The notes: a model not told the origin generated them from the letters alone. A stretch of DNA of 64,000 nucleotides from Micromonosporaceae bacterium (GCA_035296325.1 DATHBD010000082.1:137771-201770); one strand, 5' to 3'. Positions 28,054 to 38,257 are shown, counted from the first letter of the stretch. Numbers and translations: made by a program.

Positions 28054-30069
28054 CTACCTGAGCGGCCCGCCGGGGCGCTGGGAGACTACGGCGGCGCCGT
28101 CAAGCTCCGGGACGGCCGCGCCGTCGACGCTGAACCGGCCCTGGAGCATCATCGCCCGCAGCTGGCTGACGGGGACCGGGCGGGCATAGTGGAAGCCCTG
28201 CGCGATGTCGCATCCCATCAGCTTGAGCGCCGCACTGTGCTCGGCGCGCTCCACTCCCTCGGCCACGACGGTCAGCCCGAGGTTGTGGCCGAGATCGATA
28301 GCGCCGCGAACCAGGATGGCATCGTTCTCGTCCTCCGTCATGCCCAGCACGAAGGAACGATCGATCTTGAGCTCGTCCACCGGGAGCCGCTTGAGGTACG
28401 CCATCGAGGAGTAGCCGGTGCCGTAGTCATCGACGGAGAGCCGGATGCCCAGCCGGTGCAACTCGGTCAGGATCGTCATGGCGAGCCCGGTGTTGGCCAT
28501 GATCGCGGTTTCCGTCACCTCCAGCCGCAGCAGTGCCGCCGGCACCCCGTACTCCTCGAGCAACCCGTGAACGCGTTCCGGCAGCGTGGTGTCGAGCAGG
28601 CACCGCGGCGACAGGTTGACCGCCACCTGCACCTCCACGCCGTCGTCCAGCCACGCCCGCACGTCGACCAGCGCGATCCTCAGTACATGGGTGGTTAGGC
28701 GGTTGATCAGGCCGGTGCCCTCCGCGACGGGGATGAACTCGCCCGGCGGCACGAGCCCGCGGGTGGGGTGCTGCCAGCGCACCAGCGCCTCCATGCCGGA
28801 CAGCTCGCCCAGCTCGAGGCTCACCTTCGGCTGGTAGTACACGACCAGCTCGTCCTCGCGATCGAGCGCCCGGCGCAGGTCGCCGAGCAGCGCTAGCCGG
28901 GTCGGGCTCTCCACGTGCAACGCCGGGTCGTAGACGACGATGCCGGTCCTGCCGTCCTTGGCGCGGTACATCGCCACGTCGGCGTAGCGCATCAGCTCGT
29001 CGACGGTGCCGCCGTGCGCGGACGTGACGACCACGCCGATGCTGGCCTCCACGTCGACCGTCAGGGCGTCGTCCATGACGAACGTCTGGTGCAGGGCGTG
29101 CAGCACCCGCTCGGCAAGTTCGCCGGCGCTGTCGGCGTCGGTCCGGGGAAGCAGCACGGCGAACTCGTCTCCGCCGAGGCGGGCCACCGTGTCGGCCGCC
29201 CGCACCGCCTGCCCCACCCGGTTCGCCACCTGGCACAGCAGCTGGTCGCCGTAGTGGTGTCCGAGCGCGTCGTTGACCTCCTTGAACCGGTCCAGGTCGA
29301 ACACCATGACAGCAACCGCCTCGCCCGTGCGGGCGGCGCCGGACAGGGCCTGTCCCAGCCGGTCCGCGAACACGGTGCGGTTGGGCAGGCCGGTGAGCCG
29401 GTCGTGCAGCGCCTGGTACTCGCTCTTGCGCGACTGCCGTACCAGCTCACGCTGGTAGCCGAGGATGACCAGGCCGAACGCCGCGAGCATGCAGAGCCCG
29501 ACGGCGAAGCCGGCCAGGGTGGCGACGTACACCAGTCGCTCGACCCGTTCCAGTTCGCGCACCGCCCGTGCGGCCGCCACGATGTGGACGTCGGCCGCCG
29601 CCTGCACGTCGCCGCTGATCCGATCGAACGCCGGGTCGGTCTCGGTATTGTCGATCTCCAACTCGAGCGCGGCGTCACCCGCGTCGACCGCCCGGAACAA
29701 CCGCTGCACGGACTGGTAGTACTCGGTGTGCCGCGCCTCCAGGCGCGCCACACCGGCCCGTTCCTCGGCACTTCCCCATTGCCGCACGTCGTCCAGGGCG
29801 AGGGCCAGATCCAGGCTCGCCTGCTTGTGCCGCGCCTCGACCTCCGGGCCTGGTTCCAGCCGGTACTTGCGCTCCAGCGACTCCTCCGCCGCGACCGCCT
29901 CCTTGGCCCGCACGTACGCACCGGCCAGGGTGGTGGACTTGGTCACCGCCGCGGCGGACCGTCGGGTGCTGGTGACTCCGACGAGGCTCAGCGCGGTCAG
30001 GGCGAGCAGGGTGACCGCAAGCCCGGCCGCTGCGGCCCGGCCGGCACCGCTCGGCTTAGCCATCACCAT
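28054..30069 (-). CDS. Membrane sensor GGDEF-EAL protein (diguanylate cyclase/phosphodiesterase) with periplasmic helical sensor domain
   Basis: TM, then about 170-aa extracytoplasmic helical region, then TM. Then 'LTGLPNRTVFADRL...RLGGDEFAVLL' (GGDEF) and 'ELSGMEALVRWQHP...EVTET...DDYGTGYSS...LKIDRSF' (EAL motifs). Start at the ATG at 30069 ('MVMAKPSG'); the longer upstream extension is rejected. Confidence 0.85.
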   Translation of the reverse strand: MVMAKPSGAGRAAAAGLAVTLLALTALSLVGVTSTRRSAAAVTKSTTLAGAYVRAKEAVAAEESLERKYRLEPGPEVEARHKQASLDLALALDDVRQWGSAEERAGVARLEARHTEYYQSVQRLFRAVDAGDAALELEIDNTETDPAFDRISGDVQAAADVHIVAAARAVRELERVERLVYVATLAGFAVGLCMLAAFGLVILGYQRELVRQSRKSEYQALHDRLTGLPNRTVFADRLGQALSGAARTGEAVAVMVFDLDRFKEVNDALGHHYGDQLLCQVANRVGQAVRAADTVARLGGDEFAVLLPRTDADSAGELAERVLHALHQTFVMDDALTVDVEASIGVVVTSAHGGTVDELMRYADVAMYRAKDGRTGIVVYDPALHVESPTRLALLGDLRRALDREDELVVYYQPKVSLELGELSGMEALVRWQHPTRGLVPPGEFIPVAEGTGLINRLTTHVLRIALVDVRAWLDDGVEVQVAVNLSPRCLLDTTLPERVHGLLEEYGVPAALLRLEVTETAIMANTGLAMTILTELHRLGIRLSVDDYGTGYSSMAYLKRLPVDELKIDRSFVLGMTEDENDAILVRGAIDLGHNLGLTVVAEGVERAEHSAALKLMGCDIAQGFHYARPVPVSQLRAMMLQGRFSVDGAAVPELDGAAVVSQRPGGPLR

Positions 30070-30303
30070 GTCACTCCGTCGGTCCGCGCCAAGGGCATCG
30101 CAGGTGCCCGTTGACCATGGATCGGCCGCCAGCGGGCCAGGATGAGCACATTCGGCCGCCCGTTGCGCGCGGCTGTCAACATGGCGTCGTGACATCCGAA
30201 CCGGTCCCCGCGCGTACCGCAATGTCGATATGCTGCCGGCTCGGCGCGTCCGCCCGGGCTTCGGGGCGCCGCTGGCAGCGGCGTTGAGGGGACTGACAGG
30301 CGA

Positions 30304-30996
30304 ATGAGTGCGTTCGTTGCCGCGGCCCTCGGCGTTCCCACCGTCTTCCTGACGTTCCTGCTTATCGTCGTCATCGGCTACTGGCTGGTGGTCCTGCTGG
30401 GCGCCGGCGAGATCGACGCGCTCGACGGCGCGGAGGGCGAGATCGGCGAAGCCGGCCACGGCACGAACGGCGGCCTGTCCGGCGGCCTGTCCGGCGCCCT
30501 GGCAACGGTGGGGCTCGGCGGGGTGCCGGTGACCGTGGTGCTCTCGTTGCTGATCGCCGTCGCCTGGTTCGTCAGCCTGATCGGGACGGTGCTGCTCGGG
30601 CACCTGACCCTGTCGACGCCGCTGCTGGCCGCCGCCGGCCTGGCGGTGCTCATCGCCGCCGGGCTCGTGGCCGTCTTCACGGTGCGCCTGCTCGTTCTGC
30701 CGATCCGGCGGATGTTCTCGGGCGGTGCCGCGCCGTCCCGCGCCGACTTCGTCGGCCGGCCCTGCGTGATCCGCACCGGCCGGGTCGGGGCCGACTTCGG
30801 GCAGGCAGAGGTGACCGCGGGTGACGGGTCCTCCGCGGTCGTCCAGGTCCGCCAGACCGGCAACGAAGCCCTAACCGCGGGCAGCGTGGCCCTCATCTAC
30901 GACTACGACCCGGATGGTGAGTTCTTCTGGGTGCTGCCCCGCAGCGCCGCCACGGGTCCCGAACTCCCCGGCACCGAACCCCAAAGGAACTCCTGA
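30304..30996 (+). CDS. NfeD-like membrane protein (YuaF-type short NfeD with C-terminal OB-fold)
   Basis: 3-4 TM helices, then 'GRPCVIRTGRVGADFGQAEVTAGDGSSAVVQVRQTGNEALTAGSVALIYDYD', a beta-rich OB-fold typical of NfeD. Its stop overlaps the flotillin ATG (TGATG). A 17-nt perfect palindrome (cgccgctggcagcggcg, 30267-30283) lies 20 bp upstream. Confidence 0.6.
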   Translation: MSAFVAAALGVPTVFLTFLLIVVIGYWLVVLLGAGEIDALDGAEGEIGEAGHGTNGGLSGGLSGALATVGLGGVPVTVVLSLLIAVAWFVSLIGTVLLGHLTLSTPLLAAAGLAVLIAAGLVAVFTVRLLVLPIRRMFSGGAAPSRADFVGRPCVIRTGRVGADFGQAEVTAGDGSSAVVQVRQTGNEALTAGSVALIYDYDPDGEFFWVLPRSAATGPELPGTEPQRNS

Positions 30997-33005
30997 TGGA
31001 TGTGCTCAACATCGGCTTCGGCGTACTGCTCGGCGTCGTGCTCCTCGTCCTCATCGCCCTCGCCTTCCTCGTCGCCCGACTGTTCCGCAAGATCGAGCAG
31101 GGCAAGGCCCTGATCGTCTCCAAGGTGCGCCGGGTCGATGTCACGTTCACCGGCGCCATCGTCCTGCCGGTGCTGCACAAGGCCGAGGTCATGGACATCT
31201 CGGTGAAGACCATCGAGATCGAGCGCAGCGGCAACGAAGGGCTGATCTGCCGGGACAACATCAGGGCCGACATCCGGATCACGTTCTTCGTCCGGGTCAA
31301 CAAGACCGTGGAGGACGTCATCAAGGTCGCCCAGGCCATCGGCACCGCCCGGGCCAGCGACGAGACCACGTTGCAGGAGTTGTTCAGCGCGAAGTTCTCG
31401 GAAGCCCTGAAGACGGTCGGCAAGCAGCTCGACTTCGTGGATCTCTACACCCAACGCGACGAGTTCCGCGATCAGATCCTGCGGGTCATCGGCACCGACC
31501 TCAACGGCTACAGCCTCGAGGACGCGGCCATCGACTACCTCGAGCAGACCCCGATGCACCGGCTCGACCCGGCCAACATCCTCGACGCCCAGGGCATCCG
31601 CAAGATCACTGAGTTGACCGCAATCGAGCATGTCCGGACCAACGAGTTCCAGCGCAACGAGGAAAAGGAGATCACCCGCCAGAACGTCGACGCGCGGGAG
31701 GCCATCCTCGAGTTGCAGCGCCGGCAGACCGACGCCGAGACCAAGCAGAACCGCGAGATCGAAACCATGCGGGCACGGGAGCAGGCCGAGATCTCCAGGG
31801 TCCAGGCGGAGGAGCGGCTCAAGGCCCAGACGGCCCATATCCGCACCGACGAGCAGCTCGGCATCCAGAACGAGAACCAGGCCCGGGAGATCGCCGTCGC
31901 GCAGAAAAACCGGGAACGCGTCATCGCCATCGAGACCGAGCGGATCGAGAAGGACCGCCAGCTCGAGATCATCGCCCGGGAACGCGAGACGGCGTTGTCC
32001 ACCATCTCGAAGAACAAGGAGGTGGAGACGGAGAAGCGGGCGATCGCCGAGGTGATCCGGGAACGGATCGCGGTGGACAAGACCGTGGCCGAGCAGGAGG
32101 AGAACATCAAGCGGCTGCGCGTCGTCGAGGAGGCGGAGCGCACCCGCCAGGCCGTGATCATCGCGGCGGAGGCCGAGGCGCAGGAGGGCCTGGTCAAGGA
32201 CATCAAGGCGGCCGAGGCCTCCGAGTTGGCCGCGCGGCACAAGGCCCGGGAGGACCTGGTCCTGGCGGAGGCACGCCAACAGGCCGCCGAACTGGACACC
32301 CGGGCGAAGATCCGCCTCGCCGAGGGACACCAGGCGGAGGCCGCCGCCGCCGGGCTCGCCGAGGTGCAGGTCCGCGAGCGCGACGCCGCGGCCACCGAGA
32401 AGGTCGGTCGCGCCGAGGCGGTGGTGGCGCGCGAGATGGCGCTGGTGGCCGCGGACGCGGTGCGGGACAAGCTCAAGGGCGAGGCCGAGGGCCTCACCGA
32501 CAAGGCAGCCGCGATGGCCGCCCTGGACTCCGCGAGTCGCGAGCACGAGGAGTACCGCCTGCGGCTGGAAGCGGAGAAGGAGATCCGGCTGGCCAGCATC
32601 GACGTGCAGCGGCAGATCGCCGACGCGCAGGCCTCCGTGGTCGCCGCGGGTCTGGAGAAGGCGAACATCGACATCGTGGGCGGCGACAGCGTCTTCTTCG
32701 ACCGGTTGATGAGCTCCATCACCATGGGCAAGAGCGTCGACGGGTTCGTCGAGCACTCCGATGTCGCGAAGGCGCTCGGCGGCCCGTGGTTGGACGGCTC
32801 GGGGAACTTCGGGCAGGACCTGACCCGGCTGCTCGGCTCGCTCAACAGCAACGACATCAAGAACCTGACCCTCGCAACGCTCCTCGGCCAACTGATCAAG
32901 GCCGGCGGGTCGGACGCCGGCAAGCTCCGTGAGCTGTTGAGTACCGCGCATCGGCTCGGCGTTGCGGAGGCGCCCGTCGCCGCGCTCGCCACGTCGAGGC
33001 AGTGA
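30996..33005 (+). CDS. Flotillin-family SPFH/band-7 protein (FloT/YqiK-like)
   Basis: N-terminal TM 'IGFGVLLGVVLLVLIALAFLVA'. SPFH domain 'KALIVSKVRRVDVTF...DISVKTIEIERSGNEGLICRDNIRADIRITFFVRV'. Then a long E/A/R-rich coiled-coil 'flotillin' region. 669 aa. Confidence 0.85.
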   Translation: MDVLNIGFGVLLGVVLLVLIALAFLVARLFRKIEQGKALIVSKVRRVDVTFTGAIVLPVLHKAEVMDISVKTIEIERSGNEGLICRDNIRADIRITFFVRVNKTVEDVIKVAQAIGTARASDETTLQELFSAKFSEALKTVGKQLDFVDLYTQRDEFRDQILRVIGTDLNGYSLEDAAIDYLEQTPMHRLDPANILDAQGIRKITELTAIEHVRTNEFQRNEEKEITRQNVDAREAILELQRRQTDAETKQNREIETMRAREQAEISRVQAEERLKAQTAHIRTDEQLGIQNENQAREIAVAQKNRERVIAIETERIEKDRQLEIIARERETALSTISKNKEVETEKRAIAEVIRERIAVDKTVAEQEENIKRLRVVEEAERTRQAVIIAAEAEAQEGLVKDIKAAEASELAARHKAREDLVLAEARQQAAELDTRAKIRLAEGHQAEAAAAGLAEVQVRERDAAATEKVGRAEAVVAREMALVAADAVRDKLKGEAEGLTDKAAAMAALDSASREHEEYRLRLEAEKEIRLASIDVQRQIADAQASVVAAGLEKANIDIVGGDSVFFDRLMSSITMGKSVDGFVEHSDVAKALGGPWLDGSGNFGQDLTRLLGSLNSNDIKNLTLATLLGQLIKAGGSDAGKLRELLSTAHRLGVAEAPVAALATSRQ

Positions 33006-36000
33006 GCGGGCAGGTGGCCGACCCCGCCGCTCCCGGTGCCGCTCCCGCCGCTCCCGGGGCCGACAGGGGGACCGTTCCCGGCGCGACGGCGGCCCCGCGC
33101 GACGCTGACCGGAACGGCGCCGAGCCGTCCGTCGGCACCGGACTGGACGCGGGCACCTACGAGGTGCTCCGGGGGCGCCTGCGCACCCAGGTTGCCGAGC
33201 TCGGCCGGCGGGCGGAGGCGCTCAACGCCCGCCGCCTGACGACGTTCGGCAGCACCGAACTGAGCCTGCTCGGCACGGAGCGGATCCGCACCGAGCACAA
33301 CTGCGTGCCCCGCGACATCGTCTCGGTGGGCGGGCGGATGCTGTTCGGGTACAACGTCTTCATCGGCCTCAAGGCCGAGACGTCGGTCGACGATGTGTTC
33401 TCGCTGCACCACTTCGCCCGGGCGGAAGGGGCCGGCGCGGAGGCCGGCGCGGGCACCGCGGCCGGCAAGGCGGCATTCCGGTTCGAGGACGCGGCCGCCG
33501 ACGAACTGCCCGGCCTGCTGCGCGCCGCCCAGTTCCAGCGCGACTTCGCCGAACTGTACCGCTACTACCGGGAGACCCGGCTGGTCCAGCTCCGACGCCT
33601 CGACGGTCGGCTGCTGGCCATCTTCCAGACGAGTCCCCGCATCGACGACATCCGGGTACTGCGGTGGCGGGTCGACACCTCGGGCGCGGTCAGCTATCTG
33701 GACAACCGGGGCGAGCGCGACCACACGTTCCCGCCGTCACACGACTTCGAGTGGCTCGAAACCACGCGGGACAACCACGTGCTGGGGCGACACCCACACA
33801 TCTCAATCGATGACGAGGTCTTCGTCGAGACGGTCGGCGGCAACCTCACCGTGAAGGTGGAGAACAACACCGAGTCCGGGGAGGGCGTCTACAGCGAGCC
33901 GGTCGAGGAGCCGCTGCAGAGCCTCGCCGACGCCGACGTGTCGTACGCCAGGGTGGGGCCGCTGATCCTGCTCCGGATCCGGCCGTACAAGGAGACCCAG
34001 TGGCGGCACCTGGTCTTCAACACCCGGACCCGGGCGGTGGTGCGACTCGACAGCATCGGGCAGGCATGCCAGCGCCTGCCCGAGGATCACGGGATCATCT
34101 TCCCCGGCGGGTACTACCTGTCCACCGGCGCGACGAAGACGTTCGAGACGGACGTGGCGAGCCTGGAGTTCGAGCGGATGATCCGCTCCGCGAACGGCGA
34201 GGACGTGCTCTACGTCTTCCACGCCCGGGCCGAGGGCCGCAGCCTGCTGCTGTCGTACAACGTGATCCGCAAGGAGATCGCCAACCCGATCCCGTGCCAC
34301 GGCTACTCGCTCTTCGACGACGGCACGCTTGTCGTCTTCCGGGCCACCTCCGAGGAGCCGACCCGGGTGCACCCGATGCAGGTCTGGCAGACGCCGTACC
34401 AGTCCGACACCTACGCGGCGGCGCAGCCGGTGGGCACCGGGCCGCTGGAGCGCATCGGCAACGCCGAGCTGGTCCGTGGCATCTCCGACTGCCTTTCGCT
34501 GGGGCGCATGGTCGAGGAGATGGCCCCCTCCGTGGCGGTCTTCGAGGCGCTCATCGCGACCTGTGCCAAGATTTTCGACCACTACCACTGGCTTGGTGAA
34601 TCCGAGCTCGGTGATCTCCGTGCGCCGTTGGCGGACGTGCGGGCCACCGCGGAACAGGTCCTCGACGAGTACGAGACGGTGCAGACCCTGACCGCCCGCG
34701 CCGCCGCTGACCTCGCCACCGCCGCAGCCGAGATCACGTCGATGATGCGGCTGGCCCGGGCCGAGGCGCCGCGCACCGCCGACGCCTGGGTCACCCAACT
34801 CGCCGAGCTGCGACGCGCCCAGGGCCGGCTGATCACCCTGCGGGAGCTGCGTTACGTCGACGTCGCCGAGATCGACCGGCTGGCCGGCGATCTCGCCGCC
34901 GAACTGACCGCGGCAGCGCAGCGCGCGGTCGAGTTCCTGCAGGGCGACGACGCATTTGCCGGCTACCACGCGCAGGTCGATGGGTTGATCGCCGACGCCG
35001 AGGCGATCGCCACCGTCGCGGACGCGACTCCGGTCACCGAACGGCTCACCGCGCAGGCCGAAGGCCTGGAGATTGTGACCGAGGTGGTCGGGTCCCTGGA
35101 CGTCGCCGCGGCCACGGTCCGGACCGCCATCCTGGCCCGGATCGGTGAGGTGCTCGCCGGCGTCAACCGGGCCCGGGCGACCCTGGACGCCCGCCGCCGG
35201 GAGTTGCGCTCGGCTGAGGGCCGCGCCGAGTTCGCCGCCGAATTCGCCCTGCTCAGCCAGGCGGTCACCGGCGCGTTGGCGACTGCCGACACGCCGCAGC
35301 GCTGTGACGAGCAAGTGGGTCGGCTCCTTCTGCAGCTGGAGAACATGGAGTCGCGCTTCGCCGACCTGGACGACTTCGGCGCGCAGTTGGCCGACAAGCG
35401 CGAAGACGTGTACGAGGCCTTCGCGTCGCGCCGGCAGGCCCTCGTCGACGAGCGGGCCCGGCAGGCCGGCCGGCTCAGCGACTCGGCGGAGCGGATCCTG
35501 CGCAGCGTGCAGCGCCGGGTCGCCGGCCTGCGCTCGCTGGACGAGGTGAACACGTACTTCACCTCCGATCCGATGATCACCAAGCTGCGCGCGGTGGGCG
35601 AACAGCTGCGCGCCCTCGGCGACGCTGTCCGGGCCGAGGAACTCGAGGGCCGGGTCAAGGCCGCCCGCCAGGAGGCCGGCCGGGCGCTGCGCGACCAACT
35701 GGACCTCTACAGCGACGGCGGCGAGACGATCCGACTGGGGCGGCACCGGTTCGCGGTCAACACCCAGTCCATCGACCTCACCCTGGTGCCGCAGGACGGC
35801 CGGATGAGCCTGGCCATCACCGGGACGGACTACCGCGCCCCCGTGCACGACCAGGCGTTCCAGGCCACCCAGCCGTACTGGGAGCAGTTGCTGGTCTCCG
35901 AGTCACCGCAGGTGTACCGGGCGGAGTACCTGGCCACCGCCATCCTCGCCGACGCCGAGCTGGGCGGCGGTGGGCTCAGCGTGGACGCGCTGTACCGGGC

Positions 36001-38167
36001 GGCGGCCGATGCCAGCCTGGAGGATCTGGTCCGCCGGGTCGCCGAGAGCCGGTACGACGAGGGGTACGTGCGCGGCATCCACGACGCCGACGCCACCGTG
36101 ATCCTGGACGCGCTGCTGCGGTTGTACGCCGGCGCCGGTCTGCTGCGCTACCCGCCGGCGGCGCGCGCGATGGCGCAGGTGTTCTGGTCGTTCGGCTGCG
36201 CCGAGCCGACCCGGGCGGCGTGGACGACGCGGGCGGTGTCGCTGGCCCGGGCCCGAACCATGTTCGGCCGGCCGACGGACAACGGCGCGGACGCGGCCGA
36301 CGACCTACGCGCCGAGGTGGCCGCCGCGCTGACATCGTTCGCTTCTGGCGCCCGTCTGGCCGGGTGGGCCGGCGGCGACCTCGACCTGAGCGCCGAGTAC
36401 CTCACCGGGGAACTCGCCTGCGCACCGCTCGGCTTCGTCACCAGCGCTGCGGCCCGGGCCCTGCTCGACGACTTCCGCACCGCGCTCGGCGGGCCGCAGT
36501 CCAAACAGGGCGCCGAGTTCACCGAGGACCTGCGCGCGTTGGGGGACGACCTGGCCGCCCGGGCGCAGCTGGTCACGGCATGGCTCGGGGCGTTCCTCTC
36601 CACCACCGCCAGCCCCACCTCAGCCACCCCCGCGGACGGGAACGCCGGGGCGGCACGGCGGTACTCGGCCGCCGACCTGCCGGAAGCCGTCGCCATCGAG
36701 CTGTGCGGCGCCGCCCTCCCCCGGCACGACTCCTCGGCGAGCCTGTCCGAAGTCGTCGTCGGCCTGCTCGGCTCGCATCCACGCGTTCTCGATCGACGGC
36801 TGCGCCTGAACATCGACGAGGTGCTGACCCGGACCAGGCGGTTCCGCACGGTACGGGTGCCGGCCTTCCGCGCGTACCAGCGCCAGCGCACCGAGCTCCT
36901 CGCCGCCCAGCGGGAGCGGCTGCGGCTGTCGGAGTACCAGCCGTCGGTGATGAGCGCCTTCGTCCGCAACCGGTTGCTGGATGAGGTCTACCTGCCGCTG
37001 ATCGGGGCCAACCTGGCCAAGCAGCTCGGTGCGGTCGGTGCCGGCAAACGCACCGACCAGATGGGGCTGCTCCTGCTCATCTCGCCGCCGGGGTACGGCA
37101 AGACCACCCTCATGGAGTACGTGGCGAGCCGGCTCGGTCTGGTGTTCGTCAAGGTCAACGGACCTGCCCTGGGGCACGCGGTCACCTCGCTCGATCCCGC
37201 CGAGGCACCCAACGCCACCTCGCGGCACGAGGTGGCGAAGATCTCCTTCGCCCTCGAGCTGGGCAGCAACGTGCTGCTGTACCTGGACGACATCCAGCAC
37301 ACCTCGCCGGAGCTGCTGCAGAAGTTCATTTCACTCTGTGACGCCCAGCGCCGGATGGAGGGGGTGTGGGACGGCCGGACCCGCACGTACGACCTGCGCG
37401 GCAAGCGCTTCGCGGTCTGCATGGCCGGCAACCCGTACACCGAGTCCGGCCAGCTCTTCCGCGTCCCGGACATGTTGGCGAACCGGGCCGACGTCTGGAA
37501 CCTGGGCGACGTGCTCGCCGGCCGGGAGGATCTCTTCGCGCTCAGCTACGTCGAGAACGCACTGACCTCCAACCCGGTCCTGGCGCCGCTGTCCACCCGG
37601 GACCGCGCCGACATCGGGCTGCTGGTGCGCCTCGCCGACGGCGACGACACGGTCCGGCCGGACCAGCTCAGCCATCCGTATGCGGCGGCGGAGCTGGAGC
37701 AGATCCTGGCAGTGCTGCACAAGGTGCTCCGGGTGCAGCGCGTGGTGCTCGCCAACAATCAGGCGTACATCGCCTCGGCGGCACAGTCCGACGCGTCCCG
37801 CACCGAGCCGCCGTTCCTGCTCCAGGGCTCGTACCGCAACATGAACAAGTTGACCGAGCGCATCGTCGCGGTGATGAACGACGACGAGCTGGACGCCGTC
37901 ATCGACGACCACTATCTCGGCGAGGCGCAGACGCTCACCTCCGGCGCCGAGGCCAACCTGCTGAAGTTCGCGGAACTGCGCGGCACGATGACGGCCGAGC
38001 AGGCCCGGCGGTGGGCCGAGGTGAAGGCCGGCTACCTGCGGGCACGTGCGCTGGGCGGGGACGCCGACGACCCGATGAGCCGCGCGGTGGGCGCCGTCGG
38101 CCTGGTGGCCGATGGTGTCCGGGCCGTCGAGCACGCCATCCGTCGGGCGGCGGAGCGGCCGGCCTGA
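33002..38167 (+). CDS. Giant (1721 aa) flotillin-operon protein with C-terminal AAA_5-type (MoxR/McrB/dynein-like) ATPase domain; function unknown
   Basis: GTG start overlaps the flotillin stop (GTGA). About 1250 aa N-terminal with no recognisable motifs and a long helical middle. C-terminal 'LLLISPPGYGKTTLMEYV' (Walker A), 'VLLYLDDIQHTSPELLQKFISLCD' (Walker B), and '...RFAVCMAGNP', the Asn-Pro ending characteristic of AAA_5 modules. Confidence 0.65.
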   Translation: MSGQVADPAAPGAAPAAPGADRGTVPGATAAPRDADRNGAEPSVGTGLDAGTYEVLRGRLRTQVAELGRRAEALNARRLTTFGSTELSLLGTERIRTEHNCVPRDIVSVGGRMLFGYNVFIGLKAETSVDDVFSLHHFARAEGAGAEAGAGTAAGKAAFRFEDAAADELPGLLRAAQFQRDFAELYRYYRETRLVQLRRLDGRLLAIFQTSPRIDDIRVLRWRVDTSGAVSYLDNRGERDHTFPPSHDFEWLETTRDNHVLGRHPHISIDDEVFVETVGGNLTVKVENNTESGEGVYSEPVEEPLQSLADADVSYARVGPLILLRIRPYKETQWRHLVFNTRTRAVVRLDSIGQACQRLPEDHGIIFPGGYYLSTGATKTFETDVASLEFERMIRSANGEDVLYVFHARAEGRSLLLSYNVIRKEIANPIPCHGYSLFDDGTLVVFRATSEEPTRVHPMQVWQTPYQSDTYAAAQPVGTGPLERIGNAELVRGISDCLSLGRMVEEMAPSVAVFEALIATCAKIFDHYHWLGESELGDLRAPLADVRATAEQVLDEYETVQTLTARAAADLATAAAEITSMMRLARAEAPRTADAWVTQLAELRRAQGRLITLRELRYVDVAEIDRLAGDLAAELTAAAQRAVEFLQGDDAFAGYHAQVDGLIADAEAIATVADATPVTERLTAQAEGLEIVTEVVGSLDVAAATVRTAILARIGEVLAGVNRARATLDARRRELRSAEGRAEFAAEFALLSQAVTGALATADTPQRCDEQVGRLLLQLENMESRFADLDDFGAQLADKREDVYEAFASRRQALVDERARQAGRLSDSAERILRSVQRRVAGLRSLDEVNTYFTSDPMITKLRAVGEQLRALGDAVRAEELEGRVKAARQEAGRALRDQLDLYSDGGETIRLGRHRFAVNTQSIDLTLVPQDGRMSLAITGTDYRAPVHDQAFQATQPYWEQLLVSESPQVYRAEYLATAILADAELGGGGLSVDALYRAAADASLEDLVRRVAESRYDEGYVRGIHDADATVILDALLRLYAGAGLLRYPPAARAMAQVFWSFGCAEPTRAAWTTRAVSLARARTMFGRPTDNGADAADDLRAEVAAALTSFASGARLAGWAGGDLDLSAEYLTGELACAPLGFVTSAAARALLDDFRTALGGPQSKQGAEFTEDLRALGDDLAARAQLVTAWLGAFLSTTASPTSATPADGNAGAARRYSAADLPEAVAIELCGAALPRHDSSASLSEVVVGLLGSHPRVLDRRLRLNIDEVLTRTRRFRTVRVPAFRAYQRQRTELLAAQRERLRLSEYQPSVMSAFVRNRLLDEVYLPLIGANLAKQLGAVGAGKRTDQMGLLLLISPPGYGKTTLMEYVASRLGLVFVKVNGPALGHAVTSLDPAEAPNATSRHEVAKISFALELGSNVLLYLDDIQHTSPELLQKFISLCDAQRRMEGVWDGRTRTYDLRGKRFAVCMAGNPYTESGQLFRVPDMLANRADVWNLGDVLAGREDLFALSYVENALTSNPVLAPLSTRDRADIGLLVRLADGDDTVRPDQLSHPYAAAELEQILAVLHKVLRVQRVVLANNQAYIASAAQSDASRTEPPFLLQGSYRNMNKLTERIVAVMNDDELDAVIDDHYLGEAQTLTSGAEANLLKFAELRGTMTAEQARRWAEVKAGYLRARALGGDADDPMSRAVGAVGLVADGVRAVEHAIRRAAERPA

Positions 38168-38257
38168 CCGACCGCTGGACGCCGCGGACAAACGCCTCAC
38201 CCTCCCCCGCTACCGGCCGATCTGAGGGGTGCGACCAGCGGAGGAGGTCTGAGCGGG

